Shown here one piece after another: positions 16,051 through 20,000 of a stretch of 20,000 bases of DNA. This stretch comes from an uncultured virus (IMG/VR IMGVR_UViG_3300014964_000592) (taxonomy: Duplodnaviria; Heunggongvirae; Uroviricota; Caudoviricetes), in the IMG/VR virus record IMGVR_UViG_3300014964_000592, positions 52,348 to 72,347 of that record. One strand, written 5' to 3'. The notes beneath the pieces are model-generated. The model searched no databases. It was not told where the DNA came from and saw only the letters and a program-made list of their open reading frames with translations. The translations under genes were made by a program, and so were the position numbers. The first letter of the stretch is position 1. Every line of letters begins with the position of its first letter.

Positions 16051-16073
16051 TTTTGCCCCACTTTTTGCCCCAC
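16051..16073. repeat. Tandem 11-bp direct repeat TTTTGCCCCAC x2; putative integrase arm-type sites
   Basis: Copies at 16051..16061 and 16063..16073, about 35 nt from the ssrA 3' end. Confidence 0.55.
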
Positions 16074-16107
16074 ACGTTTGTAAGTGTGTGATAATCAGTA
16101 AGGGTTG

Positions 16108-16502
16108 TGGAGCTGGAGGGGTTTGAACCCTCGTCCAAACGTGGAACTAATGAGCTTTCTACATGCTTATTCTCAAATTGGTTTTCGTGTCGCGGCAGGT
16201 TTGAGACCACCAACCGCGGCCTTATCCTCTAAGTGTTCGGCGACTCTCGAGGCTTTTGTCGCTATATTCCCGATTTACCTGCACCGCCTAATCGATTAGT
16301 CTCGGGAAGAGGACAATCGGGCGATGTCTCGTCTCTGCAACTGTTGCGGAGATAAAGCTAATCTACTGTGCTTCGATTAGGCAGCGAGAGCGTAGTTGTT
16401 TTCGCCATTTGAATTGTTGATGTCTCTGATTATAGAGTGTGGGCATCATCACTCTGCATGCTTACTCACCACCTCTACACGCTGTCAAAGCCAGTCAGCC
16501 CC
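16108..16502 (-). ncRNA. ssrA: tmRNA
   Basis: The 5' end GGGGCTGACTGGCTTTGACAGC pairs with the 3' end ...GGTTCAAACCCCTCCAGCTCCA (Ala acceptor stem with G3.U70, T-arm). The tag frame at 16406..16377 reads GGC GAA AAC AAC TAC GCT CTC GCT GCC TAA = (A)GENNYALAA, a Bacteroidetes-type tag. The CCA tail is not fully encoded (CAA). Confidence 0.97.
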
Positions 16503-16523
16503 GTGTTCTTGATGATGAATGTG

Positions 16524-16554
16524 CAAAGATAAGTCTTTTTTTTCTCTCCCGCAA
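16524..16554 (-). promoter_or_regulatory. Bacteroidetes sigma-A promoter for ssrA
   Basis: Minus-strand TATCTTTG (16531..16524) matches the -7 consensus TAnnTTTG, with TTG 20 nt upstream as the -33 element. Confidence 0.7.
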
Positions 16555-16668
16555 GATTATCCGCATTTTTAACACAAAAGTGCAAGAAATGGATAAGAAA
16601 TTACAATTAGTTGGTTAATTTGTGTTAATTGTAGATGGGACTATATGTAGTTGTTAAATTATTATAAC

Positions 16669-16676
16669 TATCTTTG
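16669..16676 (+). promoter_or_regulatory. Bacteroidetes -7 promoter element for susC
   Basis: TATCTTTG about 80 nt upstream of ATG 16758; no well-spaced -33 element seen. Confidence 0.5.
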
Positions 16677-16757
16677 TGTCGTATTTGCATGAAGGTTTCA
16701 CTACAATAAGCGTTAAATCGTAACCTTAATATAAATAGTAATCTAAACCATGTCTGT

Positions 16758-19700
16758 ATGAATGCAGTTCAGAAAATTCGTCTGTAGCTTGCAGTGTTGC
16801 TGGTCACGACATTTACTCTATCGCTTAGCGCTCAGGACATCACCGTCTCCGGCGTCGTGAGCGATGACACCGGCGAGCCCTTGATGGGTGCGACGGTATT
16901 GATCAAGGGCACCCAAAAGGGTGTGGCCTCGAACCTTGACGGAGAGTTCTCCATTCAGGCTCCTTCGAAAGGCACCCTTGTCTTCTCCTACATCGGTTGC
17001 AAGACCAAGGAGGTGGCCATCAACGGCCAGACCAAGATTGACGTGACCCTAGAGAACAATACCGAGATGCTCGAGGAGGTCGTTGCCATCGGCTATGGCA
17101 CCGTCAAGAAGAAAGACCTCACGGGTGCCGTCTCGTCGGTTGCCGGCTCTGAGCTTGTCAAGGTCCCCGTGGCCACTGCTGCTCAGGCTCTTCAGGGCAA
17201 GGCCGCAGGTCTTAACATCGTGTCGCAGAGCGGCGCTCCCGGTGCGTCGATGAACGTCACCGTGCGTGGCGGTGCATCGCTCACTCAGGGCACCGAGCCT
17301 CTCTACATCGTCGACGGCTTTGCCATGGACAACGCTCTTGCCAACATCGACGTCAACGACATCGAGACCATCGACGTGCTCAAGGACGCCTCGGCCACTG
17401 CTATATATGGTGCGCGCGGCTCTAACGGCATCATCGTCATCACCACCAAGTCGGGCCAGAAGGGCAAGACCAAGGTCGACTACAACGCCTTCTTCTCGTG
17501 GGATCATCTGGCCAAGAAGCTCGATGTTCAGGACAACCCCGTTGACTATGCTTGGTATCAGTATGAGTTTGCCGAGCTCCAGAATCGTCAGGCAGGCTAC
17601 AGCCTCTTCTTCGACGACGGCTACGGCACGACCGAGCAGGACTATCACTCTGGCGCCTACAACCGCATCCTCGACCGCTATGGCGACAGCTATGGTGTTG
17701 ACTGGCAGGACCTCACCTTCGGCGGCAATGCCTTCACGCAGAATCACAACGTGAGCGTATCGACCGGCTCTGAGAAGGTTCAGGTGCTCCTCTCGTACAA
17801 CCACAATGATCAGGACGGTCTTCTGGCCAACCACGACTACAAGCGCAACTCGCTGCGTGCCAAGATGAACGCCGAGCTCTGGAAGGGCGTCAAGCTCGAC
17901 TTCGGCATGTTCTTCTATCACAACAACACCCACGGCGGCGGCGCATACTCGGGCATGAAGAGCGTGCTCCTCTCGCCCATCAACGGCGGCACACGCTTCA
18001 CCCGCGACGAGCTCATCGGCACTCAGACCCAGCCCATCTATCGCAACGAGGGTCTGGCCGATACCTATAGCGTCAGCAACCCCCTCGTGCAGAACGGCGC
18101 CGTGCTCCAAGAGAAGCGTCAGCGCAAGCTCGACATCAACGGCGGCCTCACCATCGACTTCCTCAACGACTTCCGTTGGCGCACTGCCGTCAACTATGTC
18201 ACCGGCTGGGACAAGTCGACATCCTTCGAGGACGAAAACTCGCTCAACTACATCCTTTATGAGAATACCGAGGGCATGACCGGCAGCATCGGCAACTCCG
18301 AGAAGTATTCTTGGCGCGTCAACAACACCCTCACATGGACCAAGACCCTCAACAAGGTTCACGATCTCACCGTGATGGTGGGTCAGGAGTATTCTTACTC
18401 CGAGAGCGAGGGCAACTCCATCTCGCTGCGCAAGTTCCCCGTGCCCAACCACAAGCTCGACGACATCTCGAAGGCCGAGGTCGCCAAGAAGTCTACCAGC
18501 CACAGCAACGGCAACATGCTCTCGTTCTTTGCCCGCGCCAACTATAGCTATGACGACCGCTACCTGCTCACCGCGACATTCCGTGCCGACGGCAGCTCGA
18601 AGTTCGCCAAAGGCAACAAGTGGGGCTACTTCCCCTCTGTCTCGGGTGCTTGGCGCGTGAGTCAGGAGAAGTTCTGGACAGAGAATCAGGTGGCCGAGTG
18701 GTTCAACAACCTCAAGTTCCGCGTGGGCTATGGTGTCACCGGCAACTGCGACATCGCCTCAAACATGTATGCCACCACACTCTCGCAGACCACCTACCCG
18801 ATGGACAATCAGGAGTTTGACATGGCATTCACCACCGACGCCACCCTCGGCAACCCCAAACTGAAATGGGAGACCCTCCACGCCACCAACGTCGGCCTTG
18901 ACCTCGGCATGTTCAACAACCGCATCAACCTGTCGGTCGAGTGGTACAACAACCAGATCTCCGACATGCTCATGCTCTGCACCATCCCCTCGTCGACAGG
19001 CTATACCAAGCAGTATCAGAACATCGGCAAGATGCGCAACCGCGGCTGGGAGTTCTCGCTCAACACAGTCAACATCGCCACGCACGGCTTCCAGTGGACA
19101 TCGACCCTCAACATGTCGTTCAACAAGTCCAAGGTCATCGCCCTCGAGGGTGAGGTGCAGCAGAAGACCTTCTCGGCCGGCGACAACCGCTCGGGCTCTG
19201 TCAACTACTATGCTGTCGTAGGCCGCGGTCTCGGCGACATGTACGGCTACAAGTATGACGGCATCTATACCACCGACGACTTCAACCAGCTCCCCGACGG
19301 AGGCTGGGAACTCAAGGAGGGCGTCGTGCGTCCCGAGGACGGCAAGACTCCTCAGCCCGGCGACATCAAGTTTGCCGCCGACAACGAGGACGGCACTCAG
19401 TTCACCAAGCAGGCCGTCAAGATCGGCAACGGTACCCCCGACTTCTTCGGTGGTTTCTCCAACCAGTTCACATACAAGGGCTTCGATCTCAACGTATTCC
19501 TCAAGTTCTCTGTTGGCAACGACGTCTACAACGCCACCAAGCACTCGATGAGCCCCTATGCTCCCTTCGAGAACGCACCCAAGGAATTCGCGTCCAACTA
19601 CTATCGTCTCGTCGATCCCGCCACCGGTCTCAAGGCCACCAGCCTCGACCGTCTGCGCGAGCTCAACCCCAACGAGTCGGCCCGCACATGGAGCCTCACC

Positions 19701-20000
19701 GAGAACAACGCCGGCTACATCACCTATCCCTCGTCATACTTCGTCGAGGACGGCTCGTACCTGCGTCTCGCACAGGTGACACTCGGCTACACCTTCCCCC
19801 AGAAGTGGATGAAGAAAGCCCTCATCTCCAACCTCCGCCTCTATTTCACCGCCAACAACCTCGCCACCATCACGGGCTACTCGGGCTACGACCCCGACGC
19901 ATCGTCCAAGAACGACGACGTCATCTGTACCCCCGGCTACGACTCGTCGGCATACCCCATGTCTCGCAGCTATGTTGTCGGTGTGAACCTCTCATTCTAA
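16758..20000 (+). CDS. susC: SusC/RagA-family TonB-dependent outer membrane transporter; in-frame TAG at codon 10 (possible pseudogene)
   Basis: CarboxypepD_reg-like N-domain, GYGTVKKKDLTGAVSSV, plug motif IETIDVLKDASATAIYGARGSNGIIVITTK and C-terminal Phe. ATG 16758 gives MNAVQKIRL*LAVLLVTTFTLSLSAQ with TAG at 16785..16787; the ORF track starts at GTG 16794. Confidence 0.92.

Larger units (their letters stand above)
1..16107 (+). mobile_element. Prophage (tail, DGR and lysis end) probably integrated at the 3' end of ssrA
   Basis: Co-oriented phage late genes end about 160 nt before the tmRNA 3' end, a well-known integration hotspot. Codon style changes sharply to C-ending host codons beyond ssrA. 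The other att copy is outside the window. Confidence 0.85.

Noticed and set aside
16028..16299. Short ORFs overlapping ssrA
   Set aside because: They lie over the tmRNA and att region and are spurious.
16785..16787. TAG recoding (alternative genetic code) as the explanation for the susC stop
   Set aside because: It is a single instance in a host gene. The long ORFs are otherwise uninterrupted under code 11, and TAG serves as a normal stop at 15944..15946.
17049..19544. Long minus-strand ORFs (484 aa, 261 aa)
   Set aside because: Antisense shadows caused by the strong C-ending codon bias of susC.

Overview
The window holds the distal end of a Bacteroidales (Muribaculaceae/Prevotella-like) prophage (1..~16100, all genes on +) next to the 3' end of the host tmRNA gene (ssrA, minus strand, 16108..16502). 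A host SusC-type TonB-dependent transporter gene follows (to 20000). The prophage part carries tail-tip genes, a complete diversity-generating retroelement (DGR) and a lysis module with holin and unimolecular-spanin-like genes but no visible endolysin. The DGR consists of a 1962-aa target gene with variable repeat VR 11985..12101, a GC-rich IMH plus 11-bp hairpin, avd, template repeat TR 12811..12924 and a reverse transcriptase. Main points of interest: (1) TR lies in frame inside the RT ORF, directly fused to the RT domain. (2) VR differs from TR at 13 positions, all TR adenines in AAC codons giving only Tyr/Gly/Ser, and has one extra codon. (3) The target appears to contain a CotH-like kinase fold. 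(4) The RT has FVDD instead of YxDD. (5) susC has an in-frame TAG inside its signal peptide. Family assignments come from motif recognition only; no searches were run.
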